From an uncultured Gammaproteobacteria bacterium (GTDB lineage: Bacteria > Patescibacteriota > Microgenomatia > Levybacterales > UBA12049): a stretch of DNA of 64,000 nt. Positions 54,866 to 64,000 of the stretch are shown one piece after another. The position numbers and the translations under genes are program-made. The stretch covers positions 101,879-165,878 of the forward strand of contig OZ246394.1 of NCBI GenBank assembly GCA_965230895.1. The letters are read 5' to 3'. The notes under the pieces are model-generated. The model had not been told where the DNA came from. It ran no database searches and saw only the letters and a list, made by a program, of their open reading frames with translations. Position 1 is the first letter of the stretch. Every line of letters begins with the position of its first letter.

Positions 54866-56128
54866 ATGGTTGAGAATCTTAAAAAAGCACTTTATTTCCA
54901 GATTGCATCGTATTTTAAATTCTTTGCTGCTATTCGTTTAAAGAAATGGAATCCGAAGATTATCGTTGTGACCGGTTCCAATGGAAAAACGACATTACTT
55001 CATATGCTTGAATCTCAGCTTGGTTCTAACGCGAAAGTTTCACATCATGCAAACAGTGCTTATGGCGTACCATTTGATATTTTGGACCTTCATCGGTCGA
55101 CAATGTCGGGGAATGAATGGATTCAATTATTTATAAATGCTCCTCGCAATGTATTTAAACCTCTTCCAAAAGAAAAGATTTATGTCGTGGAAGCCGATGC
55201 AGATAGACCTTTTGAAGGCGTATTCCTTGCAACATTATTAAAACCTGATGTAGTACTTTGGGTAAGTACTGGACGGACTCATAGCATGAATTTTGATTAT
55301 CTTGTGACAGAAGAAGAATTCAAATCTGTCGAAGAAGCAATTGCATATGAATATGGGTATTTCTTAAAGTATTGTCGTGAGCTAGCTGTAATAGATGGCG
55401 ATTCTGATCTTGAAACTGAACAAATTGGACGAACTAAGGTAAAAGTAAAAGCTATTACTAAGAAGGATTTTCTCAAGGGTTATTATGTTGAGAAAAATGA
55501 GACAAAGTTTCAGATAAAAAATAATTCGTATTCTTTCAAAGGTCTTTTACCTGAAGAGATTTATCTTTCAATTGCCATGTGTCGAGAGGCCGTAGCATAT
55601 TTGGGAGAGCCATTTGATGAGAATTTTACAAATTTTGAATTACCTCCCGGTAGAGGAACTCTCTTAAAAGGTAAAAAAGATACGATATTGATTGATAGTT
55701 CATACAATGGAAATCTTGGTTCCATTAAAGCGATGCTTACGATGTTTGATAAATTCCCAGCGAAGAAAAAATGGGTTGTAATAGGGGATATGAAGGAACT
55801 TGGAAAAGAAGAGAAAGAAGAACATGAAGCATTGGCAGTTTTATTAAAAGAAATGGATTTAGAAAAAGTGATTTTAATCGGAAAACTTGTACAGCAATAT
55901 ACATTGCCAAAATTGAAAAACGCAAAAGGGTTTAAGAAATCACCAGATGCAGCTAAGTATTTAGAAGAAAATATAAAAGGTGAAGAATCAATCCTTTTTA
56001 AGGGATCACAGTCAATCTATTTGGAGGGCTTGATAGAGCCATTACTCGAAGATCCAAACGATTCTAAAAAATTACCGAGACAGACAACCTTTTGGAATAG
56101 TCAACGAAAGAAAATAGGTTTTAATTGA
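54866..56128 (+). CDS. murF: Mur-ligase-family protein, probably UDP-MurNAc-tripeptide--D-Ala-D-Ala ligase (MurF) with reduced N-domain
   Basis: P-loop VVTGSNGKTTLL. Mur ligase middle/C-domain pattern (DSSYNGN...). Immediately followed by ddl and alr. Confidence 0.55.
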   Translation: MVENLKKALYFQIASYFKFFAAIRLKKWNPKIIVVTGSNGKTTLLHMLESQLGSNAKVSHHANSAYGVPFDILDLHRSTMSGNEWIQLFINAPRNVFKPLPKEKIYVVEADADRPFEGVFLATLLKPDVVLWVSTGRTHSMNFDYLVTEEEFKSVEEAIAYEYGYFLKYCRELAVIDGDSDLETEQIGRTKVKVKAITKKDFLKGYYVEKNETKFQIKNNSYSFKGLLPEEIYLSIAMCREAVAYLGEPFDENFTNFELPPGRGTLLKGKKDTILIDSSYNGNLGSIKAMLTMFDKFPAKKKWVVIGDMKELGKEEKEEHEALAVLLKEMDLEKVILIGKLVQQYTLPKLKNAKGFKKSPDAAKYLEENIKGEESILFKGSQSIYLEGLIEPLLEDPNDSKKLPRQTTFWNSQRKKIGFN

Positions 56129-56152
56129 CTCTTCATATGAGAAAGTATATTA

Positions 56153-57244
56153 TTGCTTAGCATGAAAAAGACTCGTGTAGCTATCCTCTTTGGCGGTAAA
56201 TCTGCAGAGCATGAAGTTTCCCTCCAGTCTGCAAAAAGTATTATCGATGCTATCGATAAAGATAAATACGAAGTAATAAAAATTGGAATCGACAAGCAAG
56301 GTAAATGGCTCCTCAATGATCAAAGTGACTTTCTCCTCAATGCTGAGGATCCTAAATTAATCAGCTTAAATAATTCCAATAAAGAGCTTGCAGTCTTGCC
56401 AGGAGATGAAAGACAAATGGTTGGCCTGCATCAAGAAGAAGTGGGAAAAGTTGATGTCGTTTTTCCGGTTTTGCATGGCACACTTGGTGAAGATGGAGCA
56501 ATGCAGGGGTTACTTAAATTAATGGATGTAGCATTTGTAGGAGCAGATGTCTTGGGCTCAGCCGTAGGAATGGACAAAGATATAATGAAGCGTTTACTTC
56601 GTGATGCGGGGATACCAATTGGTAAATTTATTTCTTTAACAAAAGGAAATACGATTAGTTTTGCTGACGCGAAAGAGAAAGTTGGTGCACCAATGTTTGT
56701 TAAACCAGCGAATCAAGGATCCTCAGTTGGTGTCCACAAAGCACATGATGAAGTCGAGTTTGATAAAGCAATTGCAGATGCATTTCTTTATGATACAAAG
56801 ATTCTTATTGAAGAATTTATTGAAGGTCGTGAAATTGAATGTTCAGTTTTAGGAAATGAAGATCCACACTGTTCTGTTCCTGGAGAAATCATTCCGCACC
56901 ATGAATTTTATTCATATGAAGCAAAGTATATCGATGAAGATGGGGCAGGATTAAAAATACCAGCAGAACTATCAGAAAGTTTGGTGCATGAAATTCAAGA
57001 GATTGCTATCAAAACATTTATGACATTAAATTGTGAAGGAATGGCAAGAGTAGATTGTTTCTTAACAAAAGATAATAAAGTTTTTGTAAACGAAATTAAT
57101 ACAATTCCTGGTTTTACAAAAATTAGTATGTATCCAAAACTTTGGGAAGCAAGTGGTATATCTTATGCAGATTTAATTGATACGCTAATTCAATTAGCTA
57201 TTGCTCGACATGATCGCCAAAAAGGCTTGAAGACCTCATTCTAA
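56153..57244 (+). CDS. ddl: D-alanine--D-alanine ligase
   Basis: N-terminus VAILFGGKSAEHEVSLQSA. ATP-grasp motifs (FVKPANQGSSVG, EINTIPG). Confidence 0.9.
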   Translation: MLSMKKTRVAILFGGKSAEHEVSLQSAKSIIDAIDKDKYEVIKIGIDKQGKWLLNDQSDFLLNAEDPKLISLNNSNKELAVLPGDERQMVGLHQEEVGKVDVVFPVLHGTLGEDGAMQGLLKLMDVAFVGADVLGSAVGMDKDIMKRLLRDAGIPIGKFISLTKGNTISFADAKEKVGAPMFVKPANQGSSVGVHKAHDEVEFDKAIADAFLYDTKILIEEFIEGREIECSVLGNEDPHCSVPGEIIPHHEFYSYEAKYIDEDGAGLKIPAELSESLVHEIQEIAIKTFMTLNCEGMARVDCFLTKDNKVFVNEINTIPGFTKISMYPKLWEASGISYADLIDTLIQLAIARHDRQKGLKTSF

Positions 57245-57247
57245 TCT

Positions 57248-58363
57248 ATGGATTTATTTGCTCGCTTTCGTAAACAATATCATTCGTTGAACACTATTGA
57301 AGTTTCAAAAAAGGCTTTAGTTCATAATTATAAGTATCTTAATGAATTAACTGACTTAACTGTTGCTCCGGTTTTCAAAAGTAATGCCTATGGACATGGG
57401 TTTGAAATTGCAAAGATTCTCGATAAGGTAAAAGCCCCATTTTTTTGTGTAGACAGTATTTATGAAGCCTACGAACTTCTCAAGCAAGGTGTTAAAACGC
57501 CGATTCTTATCATGGGCTATGTTGATCCACGAAATTTAAAAGTAAAGAAACTGCCTTTTATGTATGCTATATCAACAAAGGAAATGCTTGATGCTGTCAG
57601 TAAATATCAGCCGGATGCTTCAGTACATGTTTTTGTAGATACAGGAATGCACAGGGAAGGTGTGCCGATGGAGGAGCTTGCATCATTTATTGAGATACTT
57701 CGCGCAAAAAAGCATTTAAAAGTGGATGGACTTATGGCTCATTTTGCTGCGTCAGATAATTTTAATGATTTGACGCAGCTGCAAGTAAAGAATTTCCAAA
57801 TTGCCCAAGCTTTGTTTAAAACTGCAGGATTCAATTTAAAATGGATTCATCATGCAAATTCTTCGGCGCTGTTAAATTATAAAAACTACAAAGGAAAAAT
57901 TGGGAATGTTGCACGTGTTGGAATAGCATTGTCTGGAAATGATCCTGAGGCAAAAAATAAAAAGATTAAACCCACATTACAATTTATTTCAACAATTGCG
58001 CAAATTAAGGATTTAGCAAAAGGAGAATCGACTGGATATGATTTTACATTTACTGCAAAGAACGACATGAGAATTGCGGTTGTTCCTGCTGGTTACAACG
58101 ATGGGGTTGATCGACGGCTTTCAAATCTAGGGTGCATGAAAGTAGGGAAGACAGATTGTCCAATAATTGGACGAGTTAGCATGAATCTCACAATGATTAA
58201 TATATCTAATGGTAAGAATATAAAAGTTGGAGATAAAGTCGTTATTTATTCGCATGATTCTCAAGATAAAAACTCAGTGGCAAAAGCTGCAGCAATTTGT
58301 AAAACAATTCCATATGACTTATTAGTTAAGTTGGCGAACTCTACAAAAAGAGTTATGGTTTAG
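57248..58363 (+). CDS. alr: alanine racemase
   Basis: PLP-lysine region VAPVFKSNAYGHG, ...SMN (VSMNL). 371 aa. Confidence 0.85.
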   Translation: MDLFARFRKQYHSLNTIEVSKKALVHNYKYLNELTDLTVAPVFKSNAYGHGFEIAKILDKVKAPFFCVDSIYEAYELLKQGVKTPILIMGYVDPRNLKVKKLPFMYAISTKEMLDAVSKYQPDASVHVFVDTGMHREGVPMEELASFIEILRAKKHLKVDGLMAHFAASDNFNDLTQLQVKNFQIAQALFKTAGFNLKWIHHANSSALLNYKNYKGKIGNVARVGIALSGNDPEAKNKKIKPTLQFISTIAQIKDLAKGESTGYDFTFTAKNDMRIAVVPAGYNDGVDRRLSNLGCMKVGKTDCPIIGRVSMNLTMINISNGKNIKVGDKVVIYSHDSQDKNSVAKAAAICKTIPYDLLVKLANSTKRVMV

Positions 58364-58400
58364 AACTGTTAAATTCTGCAAAGTAGTTTATAATTGGGTA

Positions 58401-58982
58401 ATGAAAAAGCTTATCTTAGCATCCGCTTCTCCGCGAAGGAAACAATTATTAAAACAAGTCGGTTTAGACTTTGAAGTATTAGCCAGCAATATTGATGAAA
58501 AATTAAATCCTCGGTTTAAACCGTTACATCAAGTAGAAGTCTTGTCTCAGCAGAAGGCAGAAGCGACAGCACAAATGAAAGAAGCAAAAAATGCAGTTAT
58601 TTTGGCAGCTGATTCGATGGTTGCTGTTGATGATGAGATTATGGGAAAACCTAAAAACGAGAAAGATGCTAAGAGAATGTTACGTAAATTAAGTGGGACG
58701 ACACATTCTATTGTCACCGGTTTTACAATACTTGATACAGCGACAAAAAAACATGTTACGAAATCGGTTGAAACAAAAGTATGGTTCAAAAAACTTTCTC
58801 CACAAGAAATCTCTGCATACGTGAAAACTGGCGAGCCAATGGATAAGGCAGGAGCTTATGCAATCCAAGATATTGGATCTATTTTCGTTGAAAGAATTGA
58901 GGGTGATTATCAGGGTGCAGTTGGTTTACCTCTTTTTGCAGTTGCAAAAGAATTAAAGAAGTTCGGGATTACCGTTTTATGA
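58401..58982 (+). CDS. maf: Maf-family nucleoside triphosphate pyrophosphatase (septum formation protein Maf)
   Basis: LILASASPRRKQLL N-terminus. 193 aa. Confidence 0.85.
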   Translation: MKKLILASASPRRKQLLKQVGLDFEVLASNIDEKLNPRFKPLHQVEVLSQQKAEATAQMKEAKNAVILAADSMVAVDDEIMGKPKNEKDAKRMLRKLSGTTHSIVTGFTILDTATKKHVTKSVETKVWFKKLSPQEISAYVKTGEPMDKAGAYAIQDIGSIFVERIEGDYQGAVGLPLFAVAKELKKFGITVL

Positions 58983-58985
58983 TAT

Positions 58986-59729
58986 ATGCAATATAAAGCA
59001 CTCATGTTAGATATGGATGGGACCACTATTCCTAATGAACGGCACGGATTACCTTCCAAAAAAGTTATTGAAGCAATTAGTAAAGCAAATAAAAAGATAA
59101 AGGTTGGAGCTGTAACCGGAAGACCATTTTTTGCTGCAAAAGAAGTCGCTGATATTCTCCATTATAATTGTCCGCTCATTGTTAGTGGCGGCGCACAAAT
59201 TGTTACCAGTGATGGTAAAGTGTTATGGGAAAAAAAGATTAGGAAGCAAGATACTGCTAGGATTTGTACTATTTTGAAAAAGCATACAATGCGTGCACTT
59301 ATCCAGGAAGATGGAGAAAAAGATGTGCAATATACAAATGATTATGTGGCTCGAGATGTTATCTCAATTGCTGTCGCAGACCTCACCGAGAAACAAGCGG
59401 ATCAACTATTGGAAGATTTAAAACCGTTCTCCGAAGTTACCGGACATAAGATTCTCGGATGGATATCAGGGACAACTTGGGTGCAAATCAATCATTCTGA
59501 AGCAACGAAGCAACATGCTATTCTCGTTATTGCTGAATTGCTTGGGATAAAAACACAGGAAATTATTGGGGTGGGCGAAGGGTACAATGATTTCCCACTT
59601 CTTATGGCATGCGGTTTAAAAGTTGCAATGGGAAATGCAGTTTCAGAGCTTAAAGAGATAGCAGATTATGTTGCGCCGAGTGTTGATGATGATGGAGTAG
59701 CAGATGTTATTGAGAAATATATTTTGTAA
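58986..59729 (+). CDS. HAD-superfamily hydrolase, Cof-like subfamily IIB
   Basis: Motif I LDMDGTT. Motif IV GEGYNDFPLL (GDGxND-like). Confidence 0.75.
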   Translation: MQYKALMLDMDGTTIPNERHGLPSKKVIEAISKANKKIKVGAVTGRPFFAAKEVADILHYNCPLIVSGGAQIVTSDGKVLWEKKIRKQDTARICTILKKHTMRALIQEDGEKDVQYTNDYVARDVISIAVADLTEKQADQLLEDLKPFSEVTGHKILGWISGTTWVQINHSEATKQHAILVIAELLGIKTQEIIGVGEGYNDFPLLMACGLKVAMGNAVSELKEIADYVAPSVDDDGVADVIEKYIL

Positions 59730-59778
59730 GCCAATCTATTGTTTTTATTGATTTCGTTTGCTATTCTTGTAGCGTTTT

Positions 59779-61584
59779 ATGGCAGCACTAAAAATCAAAC
59801 ACACTTCCTGGAATTTAAAACCTCTGTTCAAATCAGATAATGATCCTGCAATTACAAAACAGCGCGAAGAAGTAGAAAAAGCAAATAAAAAGTTTGTCGC
59901 CAAATGGTCAAAAAGAGAAGATTATTTAACCGATCCAAAAGTACTCAAAAATGCTTTGGATGAATACGAGCTGCTGTCGAAAAACTATGGAACTGATGGT
60001 AACGAAGGGTATTATTTCTGGCTTCGTTCACAACAAGATCAAAACGACCAAGCGATTAAAGCAAAGTTTGCAAAAGTTTTAGATTTCAGTAATAAGCTTC
60101 GAAATGAACTTCAGTTCTTTGAATTACGTTTGGCGAAGGTAGAAAAAGCAAAGCAAAAAGCATTTCTTAAAGATCCTCAATTGAAAGAATACAAGCATTT
60201 TCTTGAAAAGATTTTCCGACAAGCAGATTACTTGTTGAGTGAAGCAGAAGAGAAGATTATGAATTTGAAATCCGATCCAGCGCACATGAAATGGGAGCAA
60301 ATGCTTTCAGGATTTTTATCGAAAGAAGAACGCGAAGTTCTCACCGAATCAGGAAAGAAAGAAAAATTAAATTTTGAGCAATTGATTAGTTTGACCGCAA
60401 GCAAAAAGAAAAGGGTGCGTGATGATGCAGCGAAAGCAGTGAATGAGGTTTTTGAAAAATTGGTAGAAACTGCAGAAGCTGAAATAAATGCAATCCTTGC
60501 GAATAAAAAGATTGACGATGAATTACGCAAAATGCCTCGTCCAGATTTCTCCCGACATTTAGCAGATGATATGGAGAGTGAAGTCGTCGACGCTATAGTC
60601 GAAACAGTATCAAAGCGCTACAAAATTTCACAGAAGTATTACCAGTTTAAAGCAAAGCTGATGGGTGTTTCGAAAATGGAATACCATGAACGGAGTGTCC
60701 CTTTTGGCAAAGTCGATAAAGCATATTCTTTTGAAGATGGAGCTGCGCTTGTTCATAAAGTATTTACCGATTTAGACCAGGAATTTGCAGATGCTCTTTC
60801 ACGATTCTTGGAAAACGGCCAAATAGATGTCTATCCTGCAAAAGGGAAAAGGGGAGGGGCATTTTGTGTTTATTGGCAAGTCGACCAACCTACTTATGTC
60901 ATGTTAAATTATACTAATAAGTTACGTGATATTGAGACTTTAGCACATGAAATGGGGCATGGTATCAATGATGAATTAATGAAAAAGCAAAACGCGTTGA
61001 ATTTTGGGACTCCGACATCAACTGCCGAAGTTGCAAGTACGTTCATGGAAGATTTTGTTTTGCAAGAGATCCTTAAAACAGCGGATGAAGAAACACGTTT
61101 TGGATTGATGATTTCAAAACTTGATACTGAGGTCGCAACAATTTTCCGTCAGATTGCATGTTATCAATTCGAAGCAGATCTGCATCAGCAGTTTCGCGAA
61201 AAAGGATATCTTTCTCATCAGGAGATTGGGAAGATCTTCCAAAAGCATATGGCTGCATATATGGGACCAGGGGTAGAGCAGTCAAAGGGTTCTGAGAATT
61301 GGTGGGTTTATTGGTCACACATAAGAACGTTCTTTTATGTCTATTCATATGCAAGCGGTTTACTCATCTCAAAGTCAATGCAAAATGGTGTGAAAGCTGA
61401 TCCCAAGTTTATTGATAAAGTGAAAGAATTTTTATCCGCTGGGACATCCGCATCACCAAAGGATATTTTCAAGAATGTGGGCATAGATATTACTGATACA
61501 GCATTCTGGGACAATGGTCTTGATGAGGTAGAAAACTTATTGAAAGAGACGCAAAAACTGGCAAAGAAGATGGGCAAGATCTAG
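59779..61584 (+). CDS. pepF: oligoendopeptidase F (M3B family)
   Basis: HEMGHGIND (HExxH) with downstream E; the 601 aa length and helical architecture fit M3B. Confidence 0.8.
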   Translation: MAALKIKHTSWNLKPLFKSDNDPAITKQREEVEKANKKFVAKWSKREDYLTDPKVLKNALDEYELLSKNYGTDGNEGYYFWLRSQQDQNDQAIKAKFAKVLDFSNKLRNELQFFELRLAKVEKAKQKAFLKDPQLKEYKHFLEKIFRQADYLLSEAEEKIMNLKSDPAHMKWEQMLSGFLSKEEREVLTESGKKEKLNFEQLISLTASKKKRVRDDAAKAVNEVFEKLVETAEAEINAILANKKIDDELRKMPRPDFSRHLADDMESEVVDAIVETVSKRYKISQKYYQFKAKLMGVSKMEYHERSVPFGKVDKAYSFEDGAALVHKVFTDLDQEFADALSRFLENGQIDVYPAKGKRGGAFCVYWQVDQPTYVMLNYTNKLRDIETLAHEMGHGINDELMKKQNALNFGTPTSTAEVASTFMEDFVLQEILKTADEETRFGLMISKLDTEVATIFRQIACYQFEADLHQQFREKGYLSHQEIGKIFQKHMAAYMGPGVEQSKGSENWWVYWSHIRTFFYVYSYASGLLISKSMQNGVKADPKFIDKVKEFLSAGTSASPKDIFKNVGIDITDTAFWDNGLDEVENLLKETQKLAKKMGKI

Positions 61585-61669
61585 TGCCGGGAGGGGGAGT
61601 CGAACCCCCACGAGGTATAATCCTCAAAGGTTTTTGAGACCTTCGTGTCTGCCATTCCACCACCCCGGC
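61585..61669 (-). tRNA. tRNA-Leu (anticodon CAA)
   Basis: The reverse complement folds as a cloverleaf: acceptor GCCGGGG/CCCGGCA, D-arm, anticodon stem AAGGT/ACCTT with loop CTCAAAA (anticodon CAA), a long variable arm (class II, Leu-type), and T-arm GGGGG-TTCGACT-CCCCC. No encoded CCA. Confidence 0.8.
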
Positions 61670-61725
61670 AAATTTGTTATTGTTCAACCTTGAAAATAAC
61701 GCTTTCCTATTATATACTGCATTGT

Positions 61726-62688
61726 ATGACTATTCAAGAAATATATGACCTCGCAATTGAAATGGCTATAAAAGCTGACCCACGCGGAGCAAGTTTCGTT
61801 AAAAAAAGACTCGAGAAAGCAAACAAAGAATATAAAGATCTCCCAGAAAAGAAGAAAAAATACTTTGATGTTGAAACCCTCACAAATCCATATTCAGATA
61901 CAAGAATGTATCACGGAAATCCAAAGCAACAGGTAAAAAAGATTTTGGCTGGAATCGATATCTCAAGCGCAGAAGTCTTACTCTTTGACCGACTGAATGA
62001 AAAAGGAAAGGGATTAGATCTCCTTATTGCGCATCATCCAGAAGGAATGGCATTGACAGCACTTCATGAAGTTATGGATCTGCAAACAGATATGTACGGA
62101 GTGAATGGAATGCCGCTTAATGTGTCTCATGCTTTGATGCAGGGACGAATGGTGGATGTACAACGAAAGATTCATCCAACTAATTATAATCAGGCAATTG
62201 ATACCGCAAAGCTTTTGGATGTACCTTTCATGTCACTTCATACAATTTGGGACAATCTCGGTAATCAATTTATTTTGGATTATATAAAGGGTAAAGATTA
62301 CGACACAGTTGGAGAAATCATGGAAGATTTGATGAAGATTCCTGAGTATATAGCAGCTACAAAAGAGAAGGCTGGTCCATTGGTTATTTCCGGAAGTGAA
62401 AAGAGTAGAGCAGGTAAAGTTGCTGTTTTCTATACTGGCGGGACAAATCCGGCAAAAGAAATTTATATCGAACTTGCAAAGACAGGTATTGGTACAATCA
62501 TTGATATGCATATGCCAGATGATGCAGTGAAAGAAATGAAGAAGCTTCATGTGAATGTCATCAATGCTGGACATATGTCGAGTGATTCAATCGGAGCAAA
62601 CCTCTTCTTTGACACTCTTGAAAAGAAGGGTGTAGACGTGGTAGCATGTTCTGGGTTCATCCGAGTTCCAGGAAAGGATCGAAAATAA
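61726..62688 (+). CDS. NIF3-family (YqfO/YbgI-like) dinuclear-metal-centre protein
   Basis: LLIAHHPEG (HHP motif) and C-terminal NAGHMSSDS metal-ligand region. The ATG at 61726 was chosen because the longer ORF-track model overlaps the tRNA. Confidence 0.5.
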   Translation: MTIQEIYDLAIEMAIKADPRGASFVKKRLEKANKEYKDLPEKKKKYFDVETLTNPYSDTRMYHGNPKQQVKKILAGIDISSAEVLLFDRLNEKGKGLDLLIAHHPEGMALTALHEVMDLQTDMYGVNGMPLNVSHALMQGRMVDVQRKIHPTNYNQAIDTAKLLDVPFMSLHTIWDNLGNQFILDYIKGKDYDTVGEIMEDLMKIPEYIAATKEKAGPLVISGSEKSRAGKVAVFYTGGTNPAKEIYIELAKTGIGTIIDMHMPDDAVKEMKKLHVNVINAGHMSSDSIGANLFFDTLEKKGVDVVACSGFIRVPGKDRK

Positions 62689-62689
62689 T

Positions 62690-63253
62690 ATGATAGGAGT
62701 TACTGATTTACGAGCAGGTACAGCATTTGAAGAAGACGGACAATCATTTATTGTGGTTTCATACGAACACATTAAAATGGGTCGTGGTTCAGCAAACATT
62801 AAAGTAAAAGTCCGAAACATTAAAACAGGTGCACTTGTCGAAAAGAGTTATATAAATGGAGCCAAGGTCAAATCTGTTTCCGTTTCAAAAAAGGAAATGC
62901 AATATCTCTACAAAGATGAAGATAATGCATTTTTCATGGACCCGGCAACATATGAACAAGTCACAATTCCATTGGACGTTTTCCCTGACGAACACATTTA
63001 CCTCAGAGAAGGAGATACCTATCCAATTAACATGCTAAAAGATGAGCCAATTGGAATATTATTACCTCCTAAAATGACCTTTATGGTAGCTGAAACTGCT
63101 CCAGGTGCCAAAGGAAACTCAGCGACGAATGTTTTTAAAGAAGCGATTCTTGAAAACGGACTCAAAACTAAGGTTCCTCTCTTTATCGATACGGGTGATA
63201 AGATCCGTGTAGATACCCGTACCGGCGCATATTCAGAAAAAGCATCAGCTTAG
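62690..63253 (+). CDS. efp: translation elongation factor P
   Basis: MIGVTDLRAGTAFEEDGQSFIVVSYEHIKMGRGSANIKVKVRNIKTG is typical EF-P domain I, with the modification-loop tip KMGRGSA (Arg). 187 aa. Confidence 0.9.
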   Translation: MIGVTDLRAGTAFEEDGQSFIVVSYEHIKMGRGSANIKVKVRNIKTGALVEKSYINGAKVKSVSVSKKEMQYLYKDEDNAFFMDPATYEQVTIPLDVFPDEHIYLREGDTYPINMLKDEPIGILLPPKMTFMVAETAPGAKGNSATNVFKEAILENGLKTKVPLFIDTGDKIRVDTRTGAYSEKASA

Positions 63254-63255
63254 CA

Positions 63256-64000
63256 TGAACACATATATCCTTCGTGTTTTATCAGAAAGATCCTTTTTGT
63301 ATCTTTGGATTGGGGAAATTTTTACCCAAATTTCAACGCACTTATTTAACTTCTTCTTAATACTTATTGTCTATAAGCTCACAGAATCGAATACTGCTGT
63401 TTCTATCGCAGTACTTTCTTTTACTGTTCCTTCAATCCTTTTTGGTACATTAGCTGGTGCATATGTAGACCGTTGGGATAAGAAAAAGGTACTTATTATT
63501 ACGACAATTCTTCGAGCACTTTTACTTATTTTGCTTGCCTTCTTCCTAAATAATCTGGTAATGGTTTATTTAATCTCGTTTGTTTTTAATGTACTTGTAC
63601 AATTCTTTATACCAGCTGAAAGCCCAATCATCCCGGCAATTGTACGCAATAAATATCTTATGGGAGCAAATGCACTCTTTGGGCTTGCGATTTATGGATC
63701 AATGCTCGTTGCATATGTCCTTTCAGGTCCTTTATTAATTGCACTCAAACCGTTTACTCTGGCTGTAAGTTTGGGAGTAACGTTAATGTTTGGAGCATTA
63801 TTCATAAGCTTCATCAAGCCATCGTATGAAAAAGCAAAACCTACAGAAGACGAAGAGAAAGAACTCAATCTTGTGAAGGATATTAAAAAAGCATTTAATC
63901 TCATGTCTAAAACTTCAGAAATTTTCAGATCGCTTTTTCTACTTGCACTTTCACAAATCCTTATCCTTACGCTCGCAACAATTGCTCCTGGGTACGCATC
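63256..64000 (+). CDS. MFS-type transporter, 3'-truncated at window edge
   Basis: Successive TM helices, with a D-R-x-G-R-K-like motif region (GAYVDRWDKKKVLII) between TM2 and TM3. Confidence 0.55.

Noticed and set aside
61645-61725. N-terminal extension of the NIF3-like ORF back to 61645
   Set aside because: The extension overlaps the tRNA-Leu gene on the opposite strand and encodes no conserved sequence. The ATG at 61726 is the more plausible start.
1-64000. CRISPR arrays, IS elements/transposases, integrases, prophage genes, rRNA
   Set aside because: I looked for regularly spaced direct repeats, DDE or serine-recombinase motifs and rRNA-like conserved stretches. None was seen, and every sizeable ORF is otherwise accounted for.

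Overview
This is a low-GC, code-11 bacterial chromosomal segment. It is gene-dense, uses strong AGGAGGTG-type Shine-Dalgarno sites, and has many ATGA/ATGxxTAA start-stop overlaps. TGA is used as a stop, so it is not a code-25 lineage. There are about 75 protein genes and one tRNA-Leu(CAA). I saw no rRNA, CRISPR array, transposase, integrase or obvious prophage.

The content is mostly housekeeping and cell-envelope biology:
- zur-znuACB zinc uptake
- malQ
- a PIF1/RecD-like helicase
- trhO
- an OmpR/HK two-component system
- a MarR-macAB-like efflux set
- ychF
- rpsF-ssb-rpsR
- ctpA-htrA-SurA-like envelope proteases and chaperone
- rpmE-prfA
- hisS, pepP, dnaB
- murF-ddl-alr-maf
- pepF, efp

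Many genes encode small secreted, membrane-anchored or low-complexity proteins of unknown function. This is reminiscent of reduced-genome Patescibacteria/CPR-like or Firmicute-like lineages, but that is inference only.

Most interesting items, in order:
- (i) A 547-aa protein (34994..36637) carries the three histidine boxes of the Delta9 acyl-CoA/acyl-lipid desaturase family at canonical spacing. It has lost most transmembrane hydrophobicity and has a ~300-aa hydrophilic insertion between boxes 2 and 3. This is the strongest candidate for something not previously described.
- (ii) A protein (13178..13729) made of three tandem topoisomerase-type C4 zinc-ribbon modules with an acidic tail.
- (iii) A 234-aa 'mini' pyruvate kinase consisting of the catalytic A-domain only.
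- (iv) A Trp/Asn/Asp-rich secreted repeat protein.
- (v) A DnaQ-exonuclease::GIY-YIG (Cho-like) fusion.
- (vi) A secreted Cys-containing protein whose signal peptide is out of frame at an A5 homopolymer.
- (vii) Several slightly GC-richer orphan ORFs with unrecognised products.

All functional calls come from motif recognition by eye; no database searches were run.
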